A stretch of DNA of 64,000 nt from an uncultured virus (IMG/VR IMGVR_UViG_3300023117_001979). Taxonomy: Duplodnaviria; Heunggongvirae; Uroviricota; Caudoviricetes. The notes under the pieces were generated by a model. That model saw nothing but the letters and a program-made list of their open reading frames with translations. It did not search any database and was not told the DNA's origin. The DNA is taken from the IMG/VR virus record IMGVR_UViG_3300023117_001979. One strand, written 5' to 3'. A program made the position numbers and the translations under genes. This document shows positions 54,041-62,622 of the stretch, piece after piece (positions within the stretch are counted from its first letter, which is position 1; every line of letters begins with the position of its first letter).

Positions 54041-55231
54041 ATGTCTGACGAGCAGTTTGTGTACTTGGGGAATCTAACCTCCGAAGTGTCACGAAAGGCA
54101 TCTATTGTTCGTGAAGATAAGCGAACAGTTACAGTTCGTCAGTCAGGGTTGAGCCTAACTTCCAAAGGAGCCGGTAGCACTCTTAGGTTAGTTGACCAAA
54201 AAGGAAAGGGTCGACTGCTAAGCATTAAGATTGTTACTGACAACCCATATGCTCAATTGGTTCTTGAGATTGATGACTGGCGTAATGAGGGAGAAACTGC
54301 GGCTGAGCTACTCTATGGTGGAACCGGCAAACAAGACTACGGCTTGTATGCTATGGGCGGAGGCAACCCTGCTACGGGATATACACTAATGTACACCCCT
54401 ATGGGCGGAGAGGCATTCGATGGCAAACTCCGTATTTTCTTGCGCAACCGACTGCCTACTACAAATGCAGTCTATGGTAACGCAGACCGAGTTAGTTTTG
54501 GAGGAAACCTACCTATCCCAGTAAACAATGGTCATTCCGGTGGAGATTCTTTTTCAGCCCCTGCCCTTGCTAATGAATCTCTTACTGATATTGCAAACGC
54601 TATGGCTACTCCTCACTTTGGAAAGCCTTACATTTCTAGCCGAATCAATTCAGCCGCACTTGGAGCTACCACTAAGGTTGGTATTGACCACCCGTATGTA
54701 GGACAAGCAGGGAAGCCAACATTCACTAACGCAAGCCTTTCATTTGCTATGAATGGTGCAGGGACACTAGACACAGTACATACTGCATTTATAGGCCCCC
54801 GTACTGCAAGTGGTGGAAATTCATTCAGCCAAGTAATTTACTTTACTAATATTGCTGATGATGCACTAGGAGTAGTAACTCACAACTTCGCTTCGGGCCA
54901 AAAGCTGTTTATTAGAGATGGGGGCACCATTTACTTTGCAGGCGAGGTCACTAATGTCGACCTGACTTCCGGTGATAACCTAACTGCTACTGGAACAGAT
55001 TTACCAAGTGGTACATTTGGTGAAGTACTCACTGGCGCCTCGCAGGTTAAAGCATTACAAGTTACAGTTTCCCCAGGAATTGAAACCCCACCAGGCCCTA
55101 TTACCTCATCTTATACCGGCAGCACTCCTGATGGCTTCGGTACTGTTGTTAGTGCTGCTGAAACAGACCCAGTTATTGCTATCAAGTCTATTGAAATCAA
55201 ATACCAATTGGAGGTAAGTTACGATGGCTAA
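54041..55231 (+). CDS. Beta-rich structural protein (penton/vertex candidate)
   Basis: GAGGAGG RBS; Gly/Thr-rich. Confidence 0.6.
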   Translation: MSDEQFVYLGNLTSEVSRKASIVREDKRTVTVRQSGLSLTSKGAGSTLRLVDQKGKGRLLSIKIVTDNPYAQLVLEIDDWRNEGETAAELLYGGTGKQDYGLYAMGGGNPATGYTLMYTPMGGEAFDGKLRIFLRNRLPTTNAVYGNADRVSFGGNLPIPVNNGHSGGDSFSAPALANESLTDIANAMATPHFGKPYISSRINSAALGATTKVGIDHPYVGQAGKPTFTNASLSFAMNGAGTLDTVHTAFIGPRTASGGNSFSQVIYFTNIADDALGVVTHNFASGQKLFIRDGGTIYFAGEVTNVDLTSGDNLTATGTDLPSGTFGEVLTGASQVKALQVTVSPGIETPPGPITSSYTGSTPDGFGTVVSAAETDPVIAIKSIEIKYQLEVSYDG

Positions 55232-55904
55232 ATTCAAACACCCAGTAGTACAATGGGCGCACGAACACCCAGTCTTGTTTGCTCTTTTTGGCACGACTAT
55301 TTTCTTTTACATGCCTGCTAGGCTAATTGGTAAAACAATTCGCACTGCTAAATACGGAGACCCATCACTAGGCAATCTCCCAGGGTTAATGTCCGAAGAA
55401 GAAAGAAGTCGCTTTACAGGGACAGGAGTTTCAAACATTCATCAGCTTGGTGCTATTCCAGCTCCTTCTGATGGCCCAATTACTGGTGGTGCTTTGTTCC
55501 GTGCTATTCACGAAGAAATGTGCGATAGAGCAGAAAAAGGAGAAATTCCACGAGAACATGTTCAATACTTTACCACTGCTAAGTACAACAAACTAATGAA
55601 CGACGGTCAATACAATATTGTAATCAAGACTGCACCCGGCCCCGACCAAGGGTATAATTCAGGTGACTTCTATCGTGACTCTCGACATAATCAGAAGATT
55701 TACCCATCTAAGTCCCCATACAATCCTGATAAGTCACAACGCGACCACCGTGAAGGAGGGAGTATTGCACCACCTTATGCTGGTAAACTATACAGTGAAC
55801 ACTCTTCTTCTCCTGGCTCTTTTGCTGTTAGTTCTTCAATGAAAGACCTTCTTGGAGAAAACAGTGTCTTTGCTGGCCTAGGTGCATTAGAAAAACTAAG
55901 GTGA
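55224..55904 (+). CDS. Putative virion membrane protein
   Basis: N-terminal TM after EHP; SLGN, QLGA, GLGA motifs. Confidence 0.65.
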   Translation: MAKFKHPVVQWAHEHPVLFALFGTTIFFYMPARLIGKTIRTAKYGDPSLGNLPGLMSEEERSRFTGTGVSNIHQLGAIPAPSDGPITGGALFRAIHEEMCDRAEKGEIPREHVQYFTTAKYNKLMNDGQYNIVIKTAPGPDQGYNSGDFYRDSRHNQKIYPSKSPYNPDKSQRDHREGGSIAPPYAGKLYSEHSSSPGSFAVSSSMKDLLGENSVFAGLGALEKLR

Positions 55905-55908
55905 TTAA

Positions 55909-56718
55909 ATGAAAATGCATAGCGACTTAGGAAAGATGTATCGCCGTAACTACATGGTGAAGTCTCAACTTAACTCGCTGGAAGCAAAGAGTCGTGCATT
56001 GAATGAAAAGATTGGCGACCAAACAAAAATAGACGAGTGGGCGGAGTCTTACATCACTCGTGCTGACGCACAAATAGATGATGTTCACGACTACATGAAC
56101 TTCCGCAATATTGCTAGCCTAGGGCATGTGCGTATGAGACCTCAAGTCACAATGGCCCTACCAGCCCCTAAGCTTCCTGTATATGGCCAAGAGCGAGTCC
56201 CAGCTGACGAAGTACCAACCCTGCAACCCGAAAGCTTGCCTCCTGGAACCACCGAGCTTCTCAACACCCTTTGGAAACAGTACAGAAGTGGTATGCTTGC
56301 AGACTCCAACAACGACTCAGAAGTAGTGTCTCTATTAGGCCAAATAGAAGCCTATATCCGAAAGGAGAAACTCACAAGAGATAGTATTGACAAAGACCAA
56401 CATAAGTCTGTTATTGGGCCACTTATTCAGCGAATAGCTCAGCGTATTAGCGAACTGGAAGGAGTTGACAACTTAGGTTGGACAGAAGCCCTTCCTCAAG
56501 TCGGTTTGTGGAATACATTTGGCTCCGTATTGACATTGGGACTTATGGGTGCTACCTATGGAGTTATTTCCTATGATGAATACCAAAATAAAGGAAACAT
56601 GTGGGCTATGTGGAAGCCTCGTCTAGAAAATGCCGCCTTTTATGCAGGTATCGGGGCTCTAATTGCAGTAGGTTATCAGGGAGTAGTAGGAACAGGACAA
56701 TGGACAGGTGGTTACTGA
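55909..56718 (+). CDS. Putative virion membrane protein with N-terminal helical module
   Basis: DLGK...SLGH...NLGW segmentation; two C-terminal TM segments. Confidence 0.65.
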   Translation: MKMHSDLGKMYRRNYMVKSQLNSLEAKSRALNEKIGDQTKIDEWAESYITRADAQIDDVHDYMNFRNIASLGHVRMRPQVTMALPAPKLPVYGQERVPADEVPTLQPESLPPGTTELLNTLWKQYRSGMLADSNNDSEVVSLLGQIEAYIRKEKLTRDSIDKDQHKSVIGPLIQRIAQRISELEGVDNLGWTEALPQVGLWNTFGSVLTLGLMGATYGVISYDEYQNKGNMWAMWKPRLENAAFYAGIGALIAVGYQGVVGTGQWTGGY

Positions 56719-57311
56719 TGCTTCCTAGCAGAAAAGAAATGATGAGCTATTGGTTTGAACATCCTATTGCAGGCAGTTTGATTGCATTTGGTATGGTTGA
56801 AGGCATAAAAACTGTATGGGAATCTCTAGTGAATCCTAAAGGAAGTAGCCCATTCAGTACTTACTCCGATGTAAGAAGTGGCTATATTCTAGATGAGCTA
56901 GGACACGGCGGCCAAGCTGCTAATTTAGTCGAAGCCGAGCTTCATCACGCTCAGCACTACAACAATCACAAACCTGCCGTTTCACTAGGCTCCACTTCGA
57001 CAACAACTTCCACTTCTTCTGCTCACGGGGGAACGGAGAAGGTTCCAACTGGTTCAACATGGGACAAGCATAACTTTGCTGGAGAAAGGCCTGTTATGTT
57101 TGGTGGACCAAAGCACAAGGGTTCAGTACTAATGGGGCCTCCTTCTATGCGTCGTCGCATCTCTTTGAACTCAATTACTCTAGGAGGCCTCTCTAAGGCC
57201 CCTCAAGAGCTTGGAAAGGAAGAAGAAGCCCTACCTACTAGTGAACACTTTGGCTTGCTAGGAATGATGCCTGAGCAGTCAGATGATGCAACAGACAACC
57301 CATGGGTGTGA
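56718..57311 (+). CDS. Putative virion membrane protein
   Basis: Likely start ATG 56718 overlapping the upstream TGA; N-terminal WFEHPI plus hydrophobic stretch similar to 55224; many [LFM]G motifs. Confidence 0.6.
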   Translation: MLPSRKEMMSYWFEHPIAGSLIAFGMVEGIKTVWESLVNPKGSSPFSTYSDVRSGYILDELGHGGQAANLVEAELHHAQHYNNHKPAVSLGSTSTTTSTSSAHGGTEKVPTGSTWDKHNFAGERPVMFGGPKHKGSVLMGPPSMRRRISLNSITLGGLSKAPQELGKEEEALPTSEHFGLLGMMPEQSDDATDNPWV

Positions 57312-57868
57312 AGATAATGAAAAACCGACAGAATATAGTAATATGGCCTTTGCTTGGTGTGGCTGCCTTGGCAATCGCCTTTGGAAATTCCCGTAAAGGA
57401 ACATACACTAGTGATACAATATGGAACCAAGTAACAACAGGGCCATATGGGCCACGCCCAGGTATGACAAAGGGTACAGTTGACATCGTCTTCCCGTATC
57501 AACAACTCCAAGCAAATAGCACTTACAAGCAAGAAGTTGCTGAATTTGAAGACAACCCAAACCGAGTACTTCCCCTCTATCTTGTCAGGGACTTGTTTGC
57601 CGCCCACCCAAATATTAACTGGAGGCAGTCCTACTTGGACGAACTGACTAAGGCTCTCCAAATTTTCAAGTACGGTTATGTCTTCAAAGATGAGCGCCAT
57701 CTAGTCGAGTACATTATGGGGATGGCTCTAATTGGAAATACCGACAAGTGGCAGCATTACTTTAGGAGCTACAACGACTTCCCGATTGACTACGCTAACG
57801 ACGACCTAGGAAGAAACCCTGCTCCTTCTATGGTAGATAGCACTAAGTCGCGTCTACGAACCAACTAG
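57302..57868 (+). CDS. N-terminally anchored protein
   Basis: TM IWPLLGVAALAIAFG. Confidence 0.6.
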   Translation: MGVKIMKNRQNIVIWPLLGVAALAIAFGNSRKGTYTSDTIWNQVTTGPYGPRPGMTKGTVDIVFPYQQLQANSTYKQEVAEFEDNPNRVLPLYLVRDLFAAHPNINWRQSYLDELTKALQIFKYGYVFKDERHLVEYIMGMALIGNTDKWQHYFRSYNDFPIDYANDDLGRNPAPSMVDSTKSRLRTN

Positions 57869-57883
57869 CGATAAGGTGTGATT

Positions 57884-58006
57884 ATGGAAAGCACAATGGA
57901 TATGGCTAAGCATGCTGCTATCATCGGGCTAGCAGCCTTCCTTTACATGGGCGTCTTCGGCCATGGACTGCCAAACAAACTAAGAGGACCATTTTTTAAC
58001 AGGTGA
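57884..58006 (+). CDS. 40-aa single-TM protein (not in ORF track)
   Basis: AGGTG RBS; MESTMDMAKHAAIIGLAAFLYMGVFGHGLPNKLRGPFFNR fills the gap exactly. Confidence 0.6.
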   Translation: MESTMDMAKHAAIIGLAAFLYMGVFGHGLPNKLRGPFFNR

Positions 58007-58010
58007 TATT

Positions 58011-58448
58011 ATGAACCCACATAACAGCCTAAGCCACTTCGAATTCACAGAATTGAACAATCTTGTTCTAAAGAACGGGGGAAGCGTTGCAGCTCCTCGT
58101 AGCAAGCGTAATGTCCCATATACTGCACCGCGAGACCTACCACACAATTGGTTTGGTGGTACCTCTCTTCATAATGGTACTGCAACCTTAGATTTGCCCC
58201 CTCACATGTTTGGTAAAATTACTAGCGAAGAAGGACTAGTCCTAGCTGGTAGCGCACCAATCATTATCGGTACAACCGCTGCTTTGTTTGCAGTCGGGGG
58301 GATATTTGAAGCTTGGAGCCAGGAGTTTTTCATTGGAAACAAGCGTAGCATTACCTACAAGCAAGTAGCAATTCGCAACGGCATCCTTGGAGCCGTTTTC
58401 GGAGCTATCGGAGTAGCATCTCTTGGTGCCGCGATGGCACGAAGTTAG
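58011..58448 (+). CDS. Two-TM membrane protein
   Basis: AGGTGA RBS; two hydrophobic segments. Confidence 0.65.
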   Translation: MNPHNSLSHFEFTELNNLVLKNGGSVAAPRSKRNVPYTAPRDLPHNWFGGTSLHNGTATLDLPPHMFGKITSEEGLVLAGSAPIIIGTTAALFAVGGIFEAWSQEFFIGNKRSITYKQVAIRNGILGAVFGAIGVASLGAAMARS

Positions 58449-58450
58449 AT

Positions 58451-58624
58451 TTACTCAGGCTTTGCGAGGCCGCCGGAAGAGATAGTAAGCAAGTCGCACT
58501 GCTTCTTCATCGCAGCGATACCGTCTTCAATTCCAACATTGGGGATAATACGAGTCAAGCTGGTCTTAACTCCATCATACACAATTTCCATCGTCACAGT
58601 TGTTTCGTTCATTTCTTTTGCCAT
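58451..58624 (-). CDS. 57-aa hypothetical protein (not in ORF track)
   Basis: AGGTGA RBS; MAKEMNETTVTMEIVYDGVKTSLTRIIPNVGIEDGIAAMKKQCDLLTISSGGLAKPE. Confidence 0.55.
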   Translation of the reverse strand: MAKEMNETTVTMEIVYDGVKTSLTRIIPNVGIEDGIAAMKKQCDLLTISSGGLAKPE

Positions 58625-58626
58625 TT

Positions 58627-59238
58627 TCAATCACCTTTTTTTGTTTTTTTGGGTTTTTTCCGGAAGCGAGGCATCTTTTGTTCATCCTTGTTGGGTTTCC
58701 ATGTAATCGTACTTGGGTCCGACTTGGCTATGCCTTCCTCCGGCTTGTTACTATGTATCTTGCGCTTGGCTTTATATGTTTTGGCTCGAAGCTTAGCTTT
58801 AGGGTCATATTTCTCTTGTCCTTTCCTAAGCCCAACCGCATGCTCATTCGACCAACCAATAGCATGCTGAAGCTCAGCAGAACGATGCATAGGGCGGTCT
58901 AAGCCATCTCCCATGATTTCATCCCAGGGCCTACCCAGGCAGGGAACCGAGCCAGCAGTTTTCTTCCAGCTACATGACATACACTCAACCGTACCTTGAT
59001 GTGTCCAAAGTTGTGTTTGACCAGTGATAGAAGTCCTTGCTGATTCAACAGCACCTATTCGCCAAAAGAAGCGAATCTCAAGGTGGCCACAAGAAGGACA
59101 AAAGAATGGGTTTTTAGTCCCAGGGATGAAAACCTGGTCGCCATCGTCGTTAATTTTGCCCTCTTTAATATCCTCACATACAGGACAACGCTTGCTTAAG
59201 TCCCACTCTTTGCCTTTTACTCTTTCATCATGTGCCAT
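58627..59238 (-). CDS. Zn-finger protein with basic tail
   Basis: CPVC, CPSC, CMSC motifs. Confidence 0.65.
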   Translation of the reverse strand: MAHDERVKGKEWDLSKRCPVCEDIKEGKINDDGDQVFIPGTKNPFFCPSCGHLEIRFFWRIGAVESARTSITGQTQLWTHQGTVECMSCSWKKTAGSVPCLGRPWDEIMGDGLDRPMHRSAELQHAIGWSNEHAVGLRKGQEKYDPKAKLRAKTYKAKRKIHSNKPEEGIAKSDPSTITWKPNKDEQKMPRFRKKPKKTKKGD

Positions 59239-59477
59239 TATTCATTCCCCTCTAGTGTAAAGCCAAAACCAGCGTCAATTGGGTTATTAGCCATTGAGTT
59301 TAGCATAATCTCCATCCAAGCAGCCATAGATAGGTAAGCAAGTGACTTACTAGCTCCTCGAAAACTGAATGCAGTACCGTTACCAGCTCCCACTGCTATA
59401 AGTACATCTTCCACACCTATTTCAGATAGTCGCTGACGACAATCGTCTATGATAGCCATAGCTGCTTCACTAGTCAC
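59238..59477 (-). CDS. Hypothetical protein
   Basis: Coupled within the minus-strand operon. Confidence 0.55.
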   Translation of the reverse strand: MTSEAAMAIIDDCRQRLSEIGVEDVLIAVGAGNGTAFSFRGASKSLAYLSMAAWMEIMLNSMANNPIDAGFGFTLEGNE

Positions 59478-59914
59478 TCTTCTTCACCACCAATTAGTGC
59501 ATTACGGATTTTATTGACAATAGTAAACTCATCATCTGTTAAGTCTTTGTCAAAGCCATAGTAATTCCAAGACTTGAGAAACTTCTTGATGCGAGTCATA
59601 TACGAAGTTGGCTCAGAAATCCAGGTTTCTTTGTGCTTATTCATGAATTTGACTGCCTTTTCTTTTTTATTCAACCAACAACGGTGGCACATACATGTCT
59701 TTTGGCTGTGAAGCCGGTAGCGAATCACTACTGTTTCTTCCTCTTCTTCGTCAACCTTTTTCTTACGATGTTGATATTCTTCCAGCTCCTCTTCCCATAC
59801 TTCTTCGTATTCTTCATATTCTGCTGTTTCTAAGACATGGCTTCGTGTACCACACCCACAGTTGACACAAGGAACATAACCACCCTTAACATCGGGTCGC
59901 TCAACTATTCGCAT
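59474..59914 (-). CDS. Cys-containing hypothetical protein
   Basis: CVNC and CHRC pairs around an acidic insert. Confidence 0.6.
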   Translation of the reverse strand: MRIVERPDVKGGYVPCVNCGCGTRSHVLETAEYEEYEEVWEEELEEYQHRKKKVDEEEEETVVIRYRLHSQKTCMCHRCWLNKKEKAVKFMNKHKETWISEPTSYMTRIKKFLKSWNYYGFDKDLTDDEFTIVNKIRNALIGGEEE

Positions 59915-60000
59915 ATTACCTATTGAGATTCACTATGAACATAAATGAGAGGTCCTTTCAAAAAGAAAGGGCTATTAGCAGGTACAGCCTGAGCCATTAC

Positions 60001-60453
60001 ATGGCCGATGAAACGACTATTACCGCACCAAGCACCAAGACCGCTCAAAAGGTCCCAATTGGCGCAGAAGTCACTCCTGGAGAGTCCTCCGGAAAACTCC
60101 GAGTCTTTGATAGCGGTGTTGATGATTTTCCTAGCACAGGTTCGCTAGGATTTGCCGCTGTTTACCTTAACACCGCCAATACACGCTCTCTTGCTAGCCT
60201 TCTAGGTTCTGAATCGGGGGCATTTCCTCAAAACTTCAAAGCAAAGCGTTCTATTACACTTTTAGCTGATAGCGCCAACACTGCCCCTGTTTATGTAGGG
60301 GACATTAATACGAGTGCAAATGCTACTGGGAATGCTGCGATTGGTTTTCCGCTAACCGCAGGTGCAAGTATTACTCTTGAGATTACTAACCCAGCTAAGA
60401 TTTACCTTGATGTTCATGTTACTGGTCAAACTATCTATTGGATTGCTGTATGA
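60001..60453 (+). CDS. Small beta-sandwich virion protein
   Basis: Likely start ATG 60001; ADSANTAPVYVG..GFPLTAGASITL..IY..YWI pattern. Confidence 0.6.
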   Translation: MADETTITAPSTKTAQKVPIGAEVTPGESSGKLRVFDSGVDDFPSTGSLGFAAVYLNTANTRSLASLLGSESGAFPQNFKAKRSITLLADSANTAPVYVGDINTSANATGNAAIGFPLTAGASITLEITNPAKIYLDVHVTGQTIYWIAV

Positions 60454-60464
60454 GGTGAAGCCTC

Positions 60465-62279
60465 ATGCCAAACGCAAACCCCGCACCTACTTTAGTAACT
60501 CCCGAAAGTAAAGTAACCGGCACATTCGACAGCAGTGGTGCTTTATCTATCCGTTTAGCGAGCAACACTGACGGTGGCTTCGTTCCAAACGATATAGTTA
60601 CCTTGAGTGGCTGTACCCAGCAAAACGGTAGTCATGAGATTCAAACTACTGGTGTTGATGGCACAGGTGTGTATCTTGTTACTACTACGCCATACGGAGG
60701 GACCGATGGCTCAGGTGGAAAACTTTCGGGTCCAAGAGTAGCACTCCTAAAATTACGACCTGACACAGAAAGCAATATTGATATTGTTGAAGATACTACT
60801 GAAGCTAATACCTTTCTTATTCAATCTCGCTCAAGTGGTGGCGGTGGCGGTGGCGTAACTCTAGACGGAGCCTATGACTTTGGGGGTGCTGGTGGTGGCC
60901 GCCAAATTAATGCTGATAGTGGTCCAGTTACCATAGCTGGTAGCGGTGCTAATGCAGCTTTGTCAGTTAACCATGCTGATAATCAGACAACGACAGTTAT
61001 CTCCGGTGATGCTTCATCAAAAACGAATCCTACTCTTAGTGTAACGGCGGCCAACCATGATAATGACAATGTTCCGGCTTTACAAGTTGCAACTGGAAGA
61101 GCTGGTACGGCTGCAACAAAATTCGAAGTACGAGAAACGGGGGCCTTTGTAACTGGAGAAACTTCAACAGCACAACTGCAAGTAGAGTCTTCAAATGCAG
61201 CAGTTAACGCACAGGTCAGCCTAAAAAGCAATTCTAATACCTCGACAATAGTGTCTAACCCTGCTGGCGCTCTTACAATCACAGGGGCTGATACTGCTGC
61301 ACTCACTGGTACAACTTCCGCCACAGTTGGAGCAAGTGACGGAGATTTGTCTTTAAGTGCCACCAAGACTGTTTCCCCAACTGCTAATGTTGTTGTAAAC
61401 GCAGATGGCTTTTCTGTTGGAGCAGCACCAACTACAATGAATACCAATGGAGCTGCCATAGGAGGCCCGCATACGAGCGTTATCGAGCGCTCACTTGTAG
61501 TGGGGCAAGGAAATACAGCTACTGATGATTCTTTAGCAGTAGGAGAAAACTGTACTGCTGCTGTCAATTCAGTTGCAATAGGAAATGCAGCTGATACTAG
61601 CGGTTACGGTGGTGGTAGTGTACTTTGTTTAGCTGCGAATAATAACATACCCTTAAGCGCTTCTCCTAATACACTCGTCTTAGATTCAGGGAACAACCCA
61701 CCAGGTGGTTCTGTTGCAATAGCGCCTGGAACCCCACCAGGGGGCGGAGTGGGGAATGTATATTCTGACGCAGGTACATTTTACAGTGGCAATGCCGACT
61801 ACGCCGAGATGTTTGAGTGGGATGATGGAAATACAAATTCTGCGGACCGGAGAGGATTCTTTGTTTCTTTAGTTAATGGGAACAAAATTGAAATTGGAAA
61901 CTCCGATGTTATAGGAGTTGTTTCAGTCCGACCAGTAGTAGTCGGTGACGCTAACGAATTGAGCTGGCAAGGAAAGTACGACACTGATGAATTTGGAGCC
62001 CTTCAATACGACTTGATAGACGGAGTACAGGTTCCGCGCATTAGCTCAAGCTATAACCCGACTCAAACTTACACTCCTCGAAGAGCAAGAAAAGAATGGA
62101 GCTCGATTGGTTTAGTAGGAAAACTCTATGTCAGGTCAGCTCAAGCATTAAACGCTGGGAGTAAGTGTAGTGCCAATTCTTCGGGTTATGCTGTAAGTGG
62201 AAATGACTATCGCATTCTAAGAGTAATTAGGCAAGCTACATCGACTAACTATGGGATTATTGAAATTTTAATGAAGTGA
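60465..62279 (+). CDS. Spike/receptor-binding protein with C-terminal Peptidase_G2-like intramolecular chaperone domain
   Basis: Beta-rich body; ADYAEMFEWDDGN...IGVVS.RP.VVGD..W.GKY..DEFG...YTPR..RKEW..IGLVGKL tail. Confidence 0.75.
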   Translation: MPNANPAPTLVTPESKVTGTFDSSGALSIRLASNTDGGFVPNDIVTLSGCTQQNGSHEIQTTGVDGTGVYLVTTTPYGGTDGSGGKLSGPRVALLKLRPDTESNIDIVEDTTEANTFLIQSRSSGGGGGGVTLDGAYDFGGAGGGRQINADSGPVTIAGSGANAALSVNHADNQTTTVISGDASSKTNPTLSVTAANHDNDNVPALQVATGRAGTAATKFEVRETGAFVTGETSTAQLQVESSNAAVNAQVSLKSNSNTSTIVSNPAGALTITGADTAALTGTTSATVGASDGDLSLSATKTVSPTANVVVNADGFSVGAAPTTMNTNGAAIGGPHTSVIERSLVVGQGNTATDDSLAVGENCTAAVNSVAIGNAADTSGYGGGSVLCLAANNNIPLSASPNTLVLDSGNNPPGGSVAIAPGTPPGGGVGNVYSDAGTFYSGNADYAEMFEWDDGNTNSADRRGFFVSLVNGNKIEIGNSDVIGVVSVRPVVVGDANELSWQGKYDTDEFGALQYDLIDGVQVPRISSSYNPTQTYTPRRARKEWSSIGLVGKLYVRSAQALNAGSKCSANSSGYAVSGNDYRILRVIRQATSTNYGIIEILMK

Positions 62280-62283
62280 TATT

Positions 62284-62580
62284 ATGGCGTTGCAAATGCA
62301 GAAATCGTTCCCCAAATATGGGTTTAGTGCCCCAAATGCATATTTGAAAATTGGTAATATGCAGGTTAATTCATACCCTGGAGGATGGAATGTATCTTTT
62401 GAATTGAAGATGTACTTTAGCTCAACTGCAAAAGCAAACGGGAACGCACCAATAGAAATAAGCAGGCATGTAATGAATTATGCTACTAACAGTGCTAATC
62501 AAGACCAATACAATATTGTCAAGGCAGCCTATGAGTATTTGAAAACTCTAAACGAATTTTCTGGCGCTTCTGATGTGTAA
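62284..62580 (+). CDS. Small fibre-associated protein
   Basis: MAL...NAYLKI...AYEYLKTLNEFSGASDV, a pattern commonly seen next to viral fibre genes. Confidence 0.6.
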   Translation: MALQMQKSFPKYGFSAPNAYLKIGNMQVNSYPGGWNVSFELKMYFSSTAKANGNAPIEISRHVMNYATNSANQDQYNIVKAAYEYLKTLNEFSGASDV

Positions 62581-62622
62581 TCGCCGTTTCCTTTATCTTC
62601 ACCCCCAAGCTGATTAGCTATT

